Of a DNA stretch of 64,000 nt, positions 55,125 through 64,000 are shown in pieces; position 1 is the first letter of the stretch, and each line of letters opens with the position of its first letter. Source of the stretch: Candidatus Spyradenecus sp. (lineage in GTDB: Bacteria > Verrucomicrobiota > Kiritimatiellia > RFP12 > DVOR01); contig JAZUPT010000009.1 in assembly GCA_045605345.1 (NCBI GenBank), forward strand, positions 5,553-69,552, in the 5' to 3' direction. The translations under genes were made by a program, and so were the position numbers. The notes under the pieces were generated by a model. That model worked only from the letters and a program-made list of their open reading frames with translations. It had not been told where the DNA came from and did no database searches.

Positions 55125-56591
55125 TTATTGCGCAACAGGAAATTTGGCGTCTGTGGCGGGCTGCTCAGCGAGTCGCCGAATCTCCTTCGGCGAACGCGTA
55201 ATTGGTCCCGTCGCAAATTCAGGAATGTTGTAGGAGAACATTCTACGATCGTGGTGTGCAGGGTCTTCTTGTGGCAGGATGAAGGGTTTGGTAAAGGTGC
55301 CCGTGGTCGCATCAAAGTGGGTGAAGTACGGACGCGTATAGGCGCCGTCATCCCGTCGCGAGGAGAAGACCATCCAATGGCCATCGGGTGTAAAGCTGTG
55401 ATAGCTTTCGGTGTCCGACGAATTGATTTCGTTCAATGGACGGAAGGAGCGCTTCTCCAAGTCAAGCAACCAAAGGTCGGCACTATGGTGCCAAATGTGG
55501 AAAACACCCTGTGGACCAAGCGTGAAGACGAGCCAACGTCCATCCGGCGAAACGCGTGGGAAGGTGATCGAACGCTTCTCCTTCGAGGCATTAATCACCA
55601 TCTTGGGTGACGAAAAGGACTTCTTTTCCGCATTGTAATCACGGACAATTAGGTTGTAACAGAGATTGGTATACCCCAAAATTGCCTGTTCAGAGCGCGC
55701 TTGTTTATCTTCGGGAATCTCCGCAAAGCCAGGCTGCGCCGCCACGGAGAAGAGTTGCTTTCCATCGGGTGACCACGCAGGGAAGCAGTCAAATATTTCA
55801 GGGGTGGTCTCCACAGGATAGGCCGTGTCGCTCTCTAAGTCGTACAACAACATATCACTGCGCGAGTCCAAAACCTCAATCTTATCCGTTTCGCGATAGT
55901 AAAAACACTGTAAGGTGTCGTTGACCGAGAAGGCAATCGCCTTCCCCGAGGGGTGCCATGCGGGATAAACGCCAGACGAGAAGAAGGGCCCGCCCTTAAA
56001 ATTGCGCTTAATGCCAGGGTCATCTTTATCTTTGAAGATGACAGTACCCGCATTGGATGCGCGCAGGTGGAAGAGTAACGAACCAGGGTCACCTTGGTTG
56101 AAATGGTGACAATTCACGCACTGCTTGGTGGAACTCTGAAGATTGGTGTAGAGTGGACGCTCCTCAAAGGTGGTCAAATTACGCCAATAGAGGCCCACGT
56201 TCTGGTAATTTTCATAACTCGGCGGAATGAGACGATAGGCCAAGGTCGGCGCGATCGCTGCCTCTGCCACACGATTCGTGGCGCAGAAGAGCGTGGCGCC
56301 TTCGGCCTCAACCGTAATCGTGTAGGCATCACTTGCCGATAAGAGTCGACGCCACACAGCTGGAGAAATGCGCACCTCGCGCGAAAAGACTGCTTCCTCC
56401 GTGCCGCTCTTTAAGCGTACGCGAGCTCCTTCAGGCGCGCCCTGCACGTTGAAATTCAACGGGGCAATATTGGGAGGCACCGTGATATTGGCATAATCAG
56501 GTTGCAAGGTCACGGCAGCCCGTGCCGAGAGGGCAAAAAAAGTTGTGACAAGGACCACTTGCCACAACGCAAAAGAGGGAAACTTACTCAT
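55125..56591 (-). CDS. exported TolB-like/PD40 beta-propeller protein with a CxxCH motif
   Basis: Signal peptide; [15 protein letters not shown]; [24 protein letters not shown] and VFSSRRDDG repeats. Confidence 0.85.
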   Translation of the reverse strand: MSKFPSFALWQVVLVTTFFALSARAAVTLQPDYANITVPPNIAPLNFNVQGAPEGARVRLKSGTEEAVFSREVRISPAVWRRLLSASDAYTITVEAEGATLFCATNRVAEAAIAPTLAYRLIPPSYENYQNVGLYWRNLTTFEERPLYTNLQSSTKQCVNCHHFNQGDPGSLLFHLRASNAGTVIFKDKDDPGIKRNFKGGPFFSSGVYPAWHPSGKAIAFSVNDTLQCFYYRETDKIEVLDSRSDMLLYDLESDTAYPVETTPEIFDCFPAWSPDGKQLFSVAAQPGFAEIPEDKQARSEQAILGYTNLCYNLIVRDYNAEKKSFSSPKMVINASKEKRSITFPRVSPDGRWLVFTLGPQGVFHIWHHSADLWLLDLEKRSFRPLNEINSSDTESYHSFTPDGHWMVFSSRRDDGAYTRPYFTHFDATTGTFTKPFILPQEDPAHHDRRMFSYNIPEFATGPITRSPKEIRRLAEQPATDAKFPVAQ

Positions 56592-57429
56592 GCGTCCACC
56601 GCACATACGCACCAGAAGGTAATTTAAAGACATCCGCCGCGCCAGAGAGACACATCTCCCCTGCGGAGAAGGAACCACCCAAACCACGCAAAGCCTGCGT
56701 CAAAATGTTTTCCAACACAATCGGGGTGTGGCCAGGGGTGTGTGCACTTAAGAGCAAAAATAGCGGGTCATCACTCAGGAGGGCACGGCAAAGGCGCAGG
56801 GTCTCGGTGAGGTCACGTTCAATCTTATACGTCTCCCCATTGCCTCCACGACCATACGTCGGCGGATCCAAAATAATGCCGTCATATTTGCGCCCCCGAC
56901 GCAATTCACGATTCATAAACTTATGAACGTCATCCACAATCCAACGAATCGGATGCGCCTCCAACTTATTCAGTGCCGCATTCCCACGTGCCCACTGCAC
57001 CATGCCCTTCGAGGCGTCCACATGACAAACCTCTGCGCCACCATGCGCCGCAGCAAGGGTAGAACCGCCAGAATACGCGAAGAGATTGAGCACGCTTACA
57101 GGACGTTTTTTCGCCTTTGCCGTGCGCACCTGATCCTTAATCCAAGCCCACTGAGCACGCTGTTCAGGGAAAATACCAAGGTGACCGAAGTCGGTCCCAG
57201 AGAGGCGAAACTTCGTCCCATCGACATCAATTGCCCACTCCTTCGGCAAACGGTTGCGCCCATGCCAATGATTTCCCTCCTCACGATCAAAGGAGGCATC
57301 TGCCTTCTTCCACAAGGCAGGACGTTGCTTCTGCCAAACCGCTTGGGCGCAGGGACGATCCAATACCAAGTCGCCGAAGCGTTCTAACTTCGCACCATTG
57401 CCACTGTCGAGGAGTTCGTAATCATTCAT
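56584..57429 (-). CDS. class I SAM-dependent methyltransferase (RlmI/RlmK-like)
   Basis: [40 protein letters not shown]. Confidence 0.88.
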   Translation of the reverse strand: MNDYELLDSGNGAKLERFGDLVLDRPCAQAVWQKQRPALWKKADASFDREEGNHWHGRNRLPKEWAIDVDGTKFRLSGTDFGHLGIFPEQRAQWAWIKDQVRTAKAKKRPVSVLNLFAYSGGSTLAAAHGGAEVCHVDASKGMVQWARGNAALNKLEAHPIRWIVDDVHKFMNRELRRGRKYDGIILDPPTYGRGGNGETYKIERDLTETLRLCRALLSDDPLFLLLSAHTPGHTPIVLENILTQALRGLGGSFSAGEMCLSGAADVFKLPSGAYVRWTHE

Positions 57430-57447
57430 TGTCAATTTTCCAAAAAA

Positions 57448-58113
57448 TTAAGAGGTCGAAGTAGAGAGTTGCGCAAATAAAGCCTTCGCCGCAATCGCCT
57501 CTGCCGCCTTTCGCGTGGCGCCAGTCCCTTCCGCAGTGTGCCCCGCCAACGTCACAGACGCGCGGAACGTTGGCGCATGATCTGGACCGGAACGTTCCAA
57601 TAAGGTGTAGACTGGCTCAGTCTGATAGTGTTGTTGTGCGAATTGTTGCAGTTCACCCTTAGGATTATCCGAGACGCCTGTACAGTGGGCGACGCTCTGG
57701 AAATCCGCTTCCGAAAAGAGCAGTTCAAAGAACACCTCTGCCGCAGGAAGTCCGCCATCCAACCACGCCGCGCCAATCAAGGCCTCAATCGCATCGACCT
57801 CGGCCTTGGGCTTCCACGTTTTGTGTTGGTTAAAACGCTCCAACCCCTCGCGAAAGGCTGCGCCAAGTTTCGGCACGCGCTCCAATAACCCACGCCCTGA
57901 GACGAGGTGCAACCGCATATCGGTGAGCACCCCTTCACTCGCATCTGGGTAACGACGATAGAGCGCATCAGAAATAAGCAACTCTAACACGGCGTCACCC
58001 AAATACTCAAGGCGTTGGTTATCTGGTTCCTGACGATTAGGCGCAGGCACCGTAAGCGCGGTCTTCAACAGCGCGTAATCTTTAAACGTATAAGGGAATT
58101 CTGCTTTACGCAC
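57448..58113 (-). CDS. rnc: ribonuclease III
   Basis: NQRLEYLGDAVL signature, DAIEALIGA, C-terminal dsRBD NPKGELQ...GPDHAPTF...KAAE. Confidence 0.93.
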   Translation of the reverse strand: MRKAEFPYTFKDYALLKTALTVPAPNRQEPDNQRLEYLGDAVLELLISDALYRRYPDASEGVLTDMRLHLVSGRGLLERVPKLGAAFREGLERFNQHKTWKPKAEVDAIEALIGAAWLDGGLPAAEVFFELLFSEADFQSVAHCTGVSDNPKGELQQFAQQHYQTEPVYTLLERSGPDHAPTFRASVTLAGHTAEGTGATRKAAEAIAAKALFAQLSTSTS

Positions 58114-58115
58114 GA

Positions 58116-59030
58116 TTACTTTTTCTGAATAACGCCAGTGGCCATCTTCAAAACAGAGGCGATGTCTGCGAGATTAGAGGGCAATACCATGGTGGTGCCT
58201 TCCTTCGCCAACTTACCAAATTCAGCGATATACTGTTCGGCCAAGCGCAAGTTCACTGCATCCGAACCGCCCTCATTCTGGCTAATCGACTCTGCAATGG
58301 CGGTAAGACCTTCTGCCGTAGCCTTCGCCACGAGCAAGATTTCCTGAGAGCGACCTTCTGCCTCATTGATACGACGCAACTTTTCACCTTCAGACTTGGC
58401 GATTGCTTCCTGCTTTTCACCCTCTGCACGGTTGATGCGTGCCTGGCGTTCACCTTCAGATTCAGCAATCATTGCACGCTTTTCACGTTCGGCGCGCATT
58501 TGCTTTTCCATGGCGTCACGGATAGTCTGGGGCGGCGTAATCGACTTGATTTCATAACGCGTCACCTTGATACCCCAAGGATCAGAAGCCTTATCCACTG
58601 CACCGCAAATAGCAGCATTGATGGATTCGCGCACTTCAAAGATTTCATCGAGGTCCAACTTACCAATTTCCGAACGCATCGTGGTCTGAGCCAACTGCGT
58701 AGAAGCCCAGAGGTAGTTGTCAATGCCGTAGGAAGCCTTTGCAGGATCCATCACCTGAAGATAGAGAATACCATCAACATCCACCGTGATGTTATCCTTC
58801 GTGATGCACTGCTGCGGCGGCACATCAATCGGGGTTTCCTTCAACGTGCGACGATACGCCACGCGATCCAAGAAGGGAATCAAGATATGAAAACCTGCTT
58901 CCAACGTAGAAGAATAGCGCCCGAGACGTTCCACAATGTACGCCTGACGCTGCGGCACGATGACCGCTGTCTTGAACAACGTCACCAAAACGGCAATCAC
59001 AATAATCAACAAGATAACTAATTCTGGCAT
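58116..59030 (-). CDS. SPFH/stomatin-like protein (QmcA-type)
   Basis: VERLGRY, ITKDN, AQTTMRSEIG, QMRAEREKRA. Confidence 0.93.
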   Translation of the reverse strand: MPELVILLIIVIAVLVTLFKTAVIVPQRQAYIVERLGRYSSTLEAGFHILIPFLDRVAYRRTLKETPIDVPPQQCITKDNITVDVDGILYLQVMDPAKASYGIDNYLWASTQLAQTTMRSEIGKLDLDEIFEVRESINAAICGAVDKASDPWGIKVTRYEIKSITPPQTIRDAMEKQMRAEREKRAMIAESEGERQARINRAEGEKQEAIAKSEGEKLRRINEAEGRSQEILLVAKATAEGLTAIAESISQNEGGSDAVNLRLAEQYIAEFGKLAKEGTTMVLPSNLADIASVLKMATGVIQKK

Positions 59031-59076
59031 AACCAACTCCTTTTTTAACGAATTAAGAAATGAACAATGAAAAGCC

Positions 59077-59505
59077 TTACTCTACCGTGAGCGTGATGTT
59101 ATCGCGGGAAATCACCTTTACCGATTCCCCTGTGGCAATGGAGCGATTCGCCACCGCTTTCCAATCCGCACCATGGACTTCCACGCGGCCCGGTTGGGGC
59201 GGTTCAATCGCGGATGTCACCACGACCACACTGCCGACAATGCCATCATCATCCGCATCACCATGGGCAAGCTCCAGTTTACCATGCAGTGCCGTCTTAA
59301 AGAAACGACGCCCCAATACGAGCGACAACACCGATGCAATCACGAAGACCCACCCTTGCGCCGCCAGTGATGCGTCCGTAAAAAAGGCCACTGCAGATGC
59401 CGCTAATGCACCCACACCAAAGAAGATAATCACGAATCCTGGAATCACAAATTCTGAGACAATCAAAACAATCGCACTAATCAACCAAATGGTTGCCATA
59501 TTCAT
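59077..59505 (-). CDS. NfeD family membrane protein
   Basis: Hydrophobic N-terminus, GRVEVHGADWKA OB fold; adjacent to SPFH gene; AAGGAGG RBS. Confidence 0.9.
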   Translation of the reverse strand: MNMATIWLISAIVLIVSEFVIPGFVIIFFGVGALAASAVAFFTDASLAAQGWVFVIASVLSLVLGRRFFKTALHGKLELAHGDADDDGIVGSVVVVTSAIEPPQPGRVEVHGADWKAVANRSIATGESVKVISRDNITLTVE

Positions 59506-59668
59506 TTACGACCTCCTTCATCTTGAGCGAACTGCAGACACCTCTGCAAACATCAAGTATTATACCTTAAATAAAAGGCAATTGACCAATTATTCCCACA
59601 CTTTCTTTTCGCTTTCACGACAGGAAGCCCCACTTTCACCTCGTTCGATTGGAAATCTCTCCGTCTAC

Positions 59669-59704
59669 AAAAAAAGCGAACGGCGCGGAAGACCGCACCG
59701 TTCG
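59669..59704 (-). terminator. terminator after the sulfatase operon
   Basis: CGAACGG-GCGG/CCGC-CCGTTCG stem with A7 on +. Confidence 0.75.
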
Positions 59705-59730
59705 ATTGTCAAGTTTTCGTTGCTTAAAGC

Positions 59731-60414
59731 TTACTTTGCTTCTGCAGCGAAGTTGATCGGGCTAAAGTACTTCGGCACGTGGAAGTTCAGCTCGGGGCTC
59801 TGAGGCAAGAGGGTGCCCCAGTGCGGACGGCTCGAGCAGTCAGCGCACTTGCAGAAGTTACCCTGCCAGGTCTGACCAGAGAGGTCGCCGAGCGGGCCAA
59901 AGATGCCTTCCAAGTAGGTACGCGGCACGCGAACAATCATCCACCAATTCGTTGCTTCATCGGTTTCAGGGTCAATCACCTGAGGCAGATTACCCTTAGC
60001 GGTGAGCTTACGGATAGCATCCTTCGAGATGTATTCGAAGTCTGCGAAGCCGCCCGGTGCACGGGTCCAGTTACGAATGTGCGAGGAGTGAATGCACCCG
60101 CCGGCATTGATTTCAAGGTTGATGTAACCCTTTTCAATCTTCAACGGCTGGAGGAATGCTTCCACGCAAGCATCTTCACACACCATGGAGTTGATGGCCG
60201 TGTGAGCGATGCGCACATAACGATCTTCAACCTGCCAGCAGATCATGATGTCATTGCCGTCATGAAGTGCCTTAACGGTCGTCTTCGGGTGATGTTCGGA
60301 GCTCTTTTCATGCCAGTAGGCATATTCTCCGGCTTCAGCCTTCTGCCAAATCGGATCTTCGGGATCGAAGTCGGGCAGACGAGTCACTTTGTTGATGGTG
60401 TATTCAGTGAGCAT
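59731..60414 (-). CDS. CBM9-like carbohydrate-binding domain protein
   Basis: D.CVEAFL, YINLEINAGG, WQGNFCKCAD, PHW...FHVPKYF. Confidence 0.8.
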   Translation of the reverse strand: MLTEYTINKVTRLPDFDPEDPIWQKAEAGEYAYWHEKSSEHHPKTTVKALHDGNDIMICWQVEDRYVRIAHTAINSMVCEDACVEAFLQPLKIEKGYINLEINAGGCIHSSHIRNWTRAPGGFADFEYISKDAIRKLTAKGNLPQVIDPETDEATNWWMIVRVPRTYLEGIFGPLGDLSGQTWQGNFCKCADCSSRPHWGTLLPQSPELNFHVPKYFSPINFAAEAK

Positions 60415-60429
60415 TGTGCATCTCCTTAA

Positions 60430-62106
60430 TTAATCGAAAACGTTAGGATAATCATTACCAGGATTCAGATAGTAGTCGCTACATCCGTAGAACTGGTCGG
60501 AGTCACCGACGGCATTCTTCAAACGGAAGAGCTCATCCTTCAACGCCGCCACCACCTTGCGGTAAGCAGGATCGTTGTAGAGATTGACCAATTCTTCTGG
60601 ATCCTTTTCCAGATCGAAGAGTTCCCACTCGCCGACCTTGTAGTAAGAAATCAGTTTGTAACGCTTTGTGCGCACTCCGTAGTGTGCAGGCGTAGCGTGT
60701 TCACCGCCCTGGATGTAGTAGCGGTAGTAGAAGCTCTTGCGCCAATCCTTCGGGGTGCCCGTGGTCAAGTTCGGCAAGAAGCTACGGCCCTGCCATTCAG
60801 GATTGGCGGGGACGCCACCTGCATCAGCAAAGAATGCCGCAAAGTCAACATTGGTAATCAAGTCTTCATTCACGCTACCGGGCTTAATCGCCGCTGGCCA
60901 ACGCACCAAGAAGGGCATACGCAACGATTCTTCCAACATAAAGCGCTTATCATAAAGACCATGGTCGCCGAGGAAGAAGCCTTGGTCAGCCGTGTAAATC
61001 ACGATGGTATCCTGATCAATGCCCTTTTCCTTCAGATAGTTCAGCATATCATTGACGCTATCATCCACGCTCTGAACGCATCCCAAGTAGTCCTGCATGT
61101 AGCGCAGGTACGAGAGTTTAATGCGTTCACGGCGACGACGTTCACGTTCATCAGCAGGAAGAGATGCGTTGTCGCGAATTTCCTTCGGCCAACGGTTCGA
61201 GGACTCACCCGTCTTATACTGCTGAGAATCCACGCCTGGGAATTGACCGCCTTCAGAGAAGTATTCGGTCAACTTCAAGTCCGCTTCAATGCGCATATGG
61301 TGTTCCAGCGTCATTGCGGTCTGCTTGATGGGGGTCGCACGGCCCTTGTAGTCATCAAAAATCGTATCGGGGAGCGGGAAGTCTTCCAACGTCTTCGCGC
61401 GGAATTCCTTACGGTAATGCGGCGCAGGCAACCAGTTACGGTGCGGTGCCTTGTGCAACATCATCACGCAGAAGGGCTTATCCTGTTCAATCGCTTCGTC
61501 AATAACACACTGCGTCACCTTCGTGAGGTTATCAGTGGCATACTCGCCCTTAAAGTCCAAACGTTGTCCATTCAACGTACCACCCGTACCCTGCGGGCAC
61601 TTTTCAGGCTTCGTAAAGAAGAAGGGATCAAAGTAACTTCCCTGCCCTTGATAGATTGCCCAACGGTCCCAATCGGTATCACGCACCGTGTGCGGACCAC
61701 CCATGTGCCACTTACCTAAGACAGCGGTGTAGTAACCCGCCTCGCGCATCGTGCCACCGACCGTCTTGAGCTTATTTGAAATATCATTGAAGACGGGCAC
61801 CCCATTCTTACAACTGTACATACCCGAAAGGATACAGGCACGAGAAGGCGTACAGATGGAATTGGTCACGAAGACGTCCTTACAAAGAACACCTTCTTTG
61901 GCCAAACGGTCAATGCCCGGCGTCTTATTGATACGCGAACCATACGCACTAATTGCATGTGCAGCATGGTCATCAGTCATAATGAAGAGGATGTTCGGAC
62001 GCTTCTTGCCAGAAGTGAGCGATGTCGCGGCAGTGAGCGTACCACCCATTGCACCAGCAGCCAAACCAAGACCTGCTGCTTTTAAAAATGTTCTACGATT
62101 CGTCAT
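60430..62106 (-). CDS. Tat-exported S1 (Cys-type) sulfatase
   Basis: NRRTFLK twin-arginine signal, PNILFIMTDDH, CTPSRA, GKWH, DQG...DKR. Confidence 0.95.
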   Translation of the reverse strand: MTNRRTFLKAAGLGLAAGAMGGTLTAATSLTSGKKRPNILFIMTDDHAAHAISAYGSRINKTPGIDRLAKEGVLCKDVFVTNSICTPSRACILSGMYSCKNGVPVFNDISNKLKTVGGTMREAGYYTAVLGKWHMGGPHTVRDTDWDRWAIYQGQGSYFDPFFFTKPEKCPQGTGGTLNGQRLDFKGEYATDNLTKVTQCVIDEAIEQDKPFCVMMLHKAPHRNWLPAPHYRKEFRAKTLEDFPLPDTIFDDYKGRATPIKQTAMTLEHHMRIEADLKLTEYFSEGGQFPGVDSQQYKTGESSNRWPKEIRDNASLPADERERRRRERIKLSYLRYMQDYLGCVQSVDDSVNDMLNYLKEKGIDQDTIVIYTADQGFFLGDHGLYDKRFMLEESLRMPFLVRWPAAIKPGSVNEDLITNVDFAAFFADAGGVPANPEWQGRSFLPNLTTGTPKDWRKSFYYRYYIQGGEHATPAHYGVRTKRYKLISYYKVGEWELFDLEKDPEELVNLYNDPAYRKVVAALKDELFRLKNAVGDSDQFYGCSDYYLNPGNDYPNVFD

Positions 62107-62224
62107 AGCATTCTCTTTCCTATTGTAAGCCAATGAAGGCAAAACGTTAACTTAAATAATAATAGCAGAACATGCGCAAGATTAAAACACCTTAATCTGT
62201 TTTTTTCACATCTGCCAAGAACTT

Positions 62225-62983
62225 TTATGGCAAACTTCCATCCAAAAGGTCGCACAATTGCGTAAACGTATCGGTCAAATTGTCCAATTTAAGAATTGCG
62301 CGACGATCTAATTGCGTAGGCGATTCATTTACAATCACCACGCGTGCACCACACCGATAAGCTTCTTCTGGAAGTGCGGCTGCTGGATAAACCGTCAGCG
62401 AACTGCCTAAGACCACCATCAAATCTGCCTCTTGGCAAGCCCGAACTGCTTGTGAAAAAACCGCCTCTGGGAGATTTTCGCCATAAAAAACAATATCGGG
62501 CTTAAAAACACCTCCGCAGGAACACATCGGCACTTCGCCCGCATAAACGATGGGCACCACTTCATCATAACTCATCTTTGCGCCACACCGTTGACAATGA
62601 TGCCACGTCGGCGAACCATGCACCTCCAGTACATTACGCGAACCAGCGAGTGTATGCAGGCGATCAATATTCTGTGTAACCACCGCCTTCACTAAGCCAG
62701 AACGTTCCAATCGTGCCAAAACATTATGCACTGTACAAGGTTGAAAGGCCTCAAGGTCATACACAAAATCCTTTGCCCACGCATAGAACAATGAGGGATC
62801 TGAGTTGAACAAGTCGATTCCAAAAAGTTCCTCTACACGATAACCATGAAAGGTGTCATTGTAAATACCATTCTTTCCACGAAAGTCACGGATGCCACTC
62901 GCCGTGGAGACCCCCGCACCTGTAAAGACAACGGTATTGGTTGAAGAGAGAATCAAATCATGAAGTTCGCCGACGAGATTCAT
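62225..62983 (-). CDS. cobB: NAD-dependent protein deacylase (sirtuin)
   Basis: TGAGVSTASGIRDFRG, TQNIDRLH, HG..CxxC..CxC, KPDIVFYGE, GSSLTVYPAA. Confidence 0.95.
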   Translation of the reverse strand: MNLVGELHDLILSSTNTVVFTGAGVSTASGIRDFRGKNGIYNDTFHGYRVEELFGIDLFNSDPSLFYAWAKDFVYDLEAFQPCTVHNVLARLERSGLVKAVVTQNIDRLHTLAGSRNVLEVHGSPTWHHCQRCGAKMSYDEVVPIVYAGEVPMCSCGGVFKPDIVFYGENLPEAVFSQAVRACQEADLMVVLGSSLTVYPAAALPEEAYRCGARVVIVNESPTQLDRRAILKLDNLTDTFTQLCDLLDGSLP

Positions 62984-63708
62984 TTCAGCTTCCTTTCTGC
63001 GTCATGATTACGCGCAATGACCCAATGGGTCACCTCGCGCAAGGTCTCATACACGCCGACATACACCGATTGTGTCGTCACAATCAAGCGTTTCCCCTGC
63101 CCTCGTGCGGTCACAGTGGGCGAAGTGACAACCACCGCTACCAAAGCAAAGAGCAGATTGGTCATCACAATGAACCACCACGAAAAGAAGCGTCCATACT
63201 CGTGCGTATCGGGTTGGGAGACCGAGAATAAAGCATTCGCGGTGTACCACACATGGAAGGCGGTCAATACACCAAAAAATCCTGCCCACACTTCAAAGGG
63301 GAGCACATTCGGCACGAAGCATTGCAAGATACCATAGAGCAACACCGCTACCAATAAATAAAAGGGCACACAGTATGGTGCCAAGGTAATGAAGAGATTA
63401 CTTTTGGAGAGTTGTACAAAGCCACCCGTCGTCTTAATGCTCACCTTGTACACCTTCGAGAAGCAACACAATCCTGCCACCGCATGCGTCATCTCATGCG
63501 CGAAAATATACACCACCTGAAGGGCGCGCCCTTTCCAAATATAGAGCAAGGTCATCGCCACACATCCTGCGATAAAACAAACCCGACCACGGGAGAAAAA
63601 GGGCTCATTTAAGGTGTCTATCGCGAGCGCTTCAAGGAGGCATCGCAGGAGCACCCACACGCAAGGCGCCCCAATTATCGCCATCAAAAACAAAAACACC
63701 TTTTTCAT
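62980..63708 (-). CDS. M50-like membrane metallopeptidase
   Basis: Multi-TM protein with HEMTH zinc motif and TLAPY. Confidence 0.7.
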   Translation of the reverse strand: MKKVFLFLMAIIGAPCVWVLLRCLLEALAIDTLNEPFFSRGRVCFIAGCVAMTLLYIWKGRALQVVYIFAHEMTHAVAGLCCFSKVYKVSIKTTGGFVQLSKSNLFITLAPYCVPFYLLVAVLLYGILQCFVPNVLPFEVWAGFFGVLTAFHVWYTANALFSVSQPDTHEYGRFFSWWFIVMTNLLFALVAVVVTSPTVTARGQGKRLIVTTQSVYVGVYETLREVTHWVIARNHDAERKLK

Positions 63709-63794
63709 CGCTTACGCACTTCCAAATGAAAACGTCTCCGAGTTCGTCGCAACCCTGCTCGCACCCGAAGACGTTTCACAGCGCCTTCTGCGAC

Positions 63795-63998
63795 TTATTC
63801 TTCGGCAGAGGCCTCTTCGGTGACACCAACCAATGCTTCAAAGCGCGTCTTTGTGCCAGGCAAGCTCTCTGCCAACTCGCGACATTTCGCCACCGCATCA
63901 CGCAACGTCTTAGACTTCTGCACGGTTGCTGCGCCAAAATAACGCATCACAAAGAGATAGGCTCCCACTGCGAGGTCGGCGCGATCCGAATGACGGAG
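63795..63998 (-). CDS. 3' end of a hypothetical protein (5' end outside window)
   Basis: Open frame LRHSDRADLAVGAYL...VTEEASAEE* from the window edge. Confidence 0.55.
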   Translation of the reverse strand, partial: LRHSDRADLAVGAYLFVMRYFGAATVQKSKTLRDAVAKCRELAESLPGTKTRFEALVGVTEEASAEE

Positions 63999-64000
63999 CG

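Noticed and set aside
59060-62128. Several + strand ORFs of 125-345 aa
   Set aside because: They are antisense shadows of the nfeD, CBM9-like and sulfatase genes.

Overview
About 64 kb of a moderately GC-rich bacterial chromosome. The gene content (LysM lipoprotein next to ftsW, DksA with a histone-like tail, two exosortases, a Tat sulfatase, a group-B-type [FeFe]-hydrogenase) suggests an anaerobic PVC-superphylum organism such as Kiritimatiellota or Lentisphaerota; this is inference only. Most of the window is housekeeping: rpoN (partial), recO, tRNA-Ser, sulP, hemB, deoC, ftsW, tRNA-Cys, lepA, miaB, alpha-2-macroglobulin/pbpC, yebC, rnc and cobB. Four regions stand out. (1) 6.1-9.9 kb: a strongly codon-biased operon encoding a lipoprotein cupin sugar isomerase, a VOC protein, DhaK, DhaL and LsrF, with a clean promoter and a palindromic operator. 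It may be a non-canonical AI-2/DPD or rare-sugar catabolic route. (2) 27.5-28.5 kb: a gene-free kilobase with 22-bp iteron-like repeats, DnaA-like boxes, a G4 motif and a hairpin cluster. (3) 48.7-53.0 kb: an AT-rich, integrase-less cassette bounded by a perfect 30-bp direct repeat. It encodes a membrane-anchored coiled-coil protein and an apparently frameshifted exported PD-(D/E)xK nuclease plus glycine-zipper toxin, next to a truncated Sel1 gene. (4) 42.4-45.3 kb: an XrtK-like exosortase with an MSEP-CTERM-like target ending in QSAP. All family assignments come from motif recognition by eye; no database searches were run.
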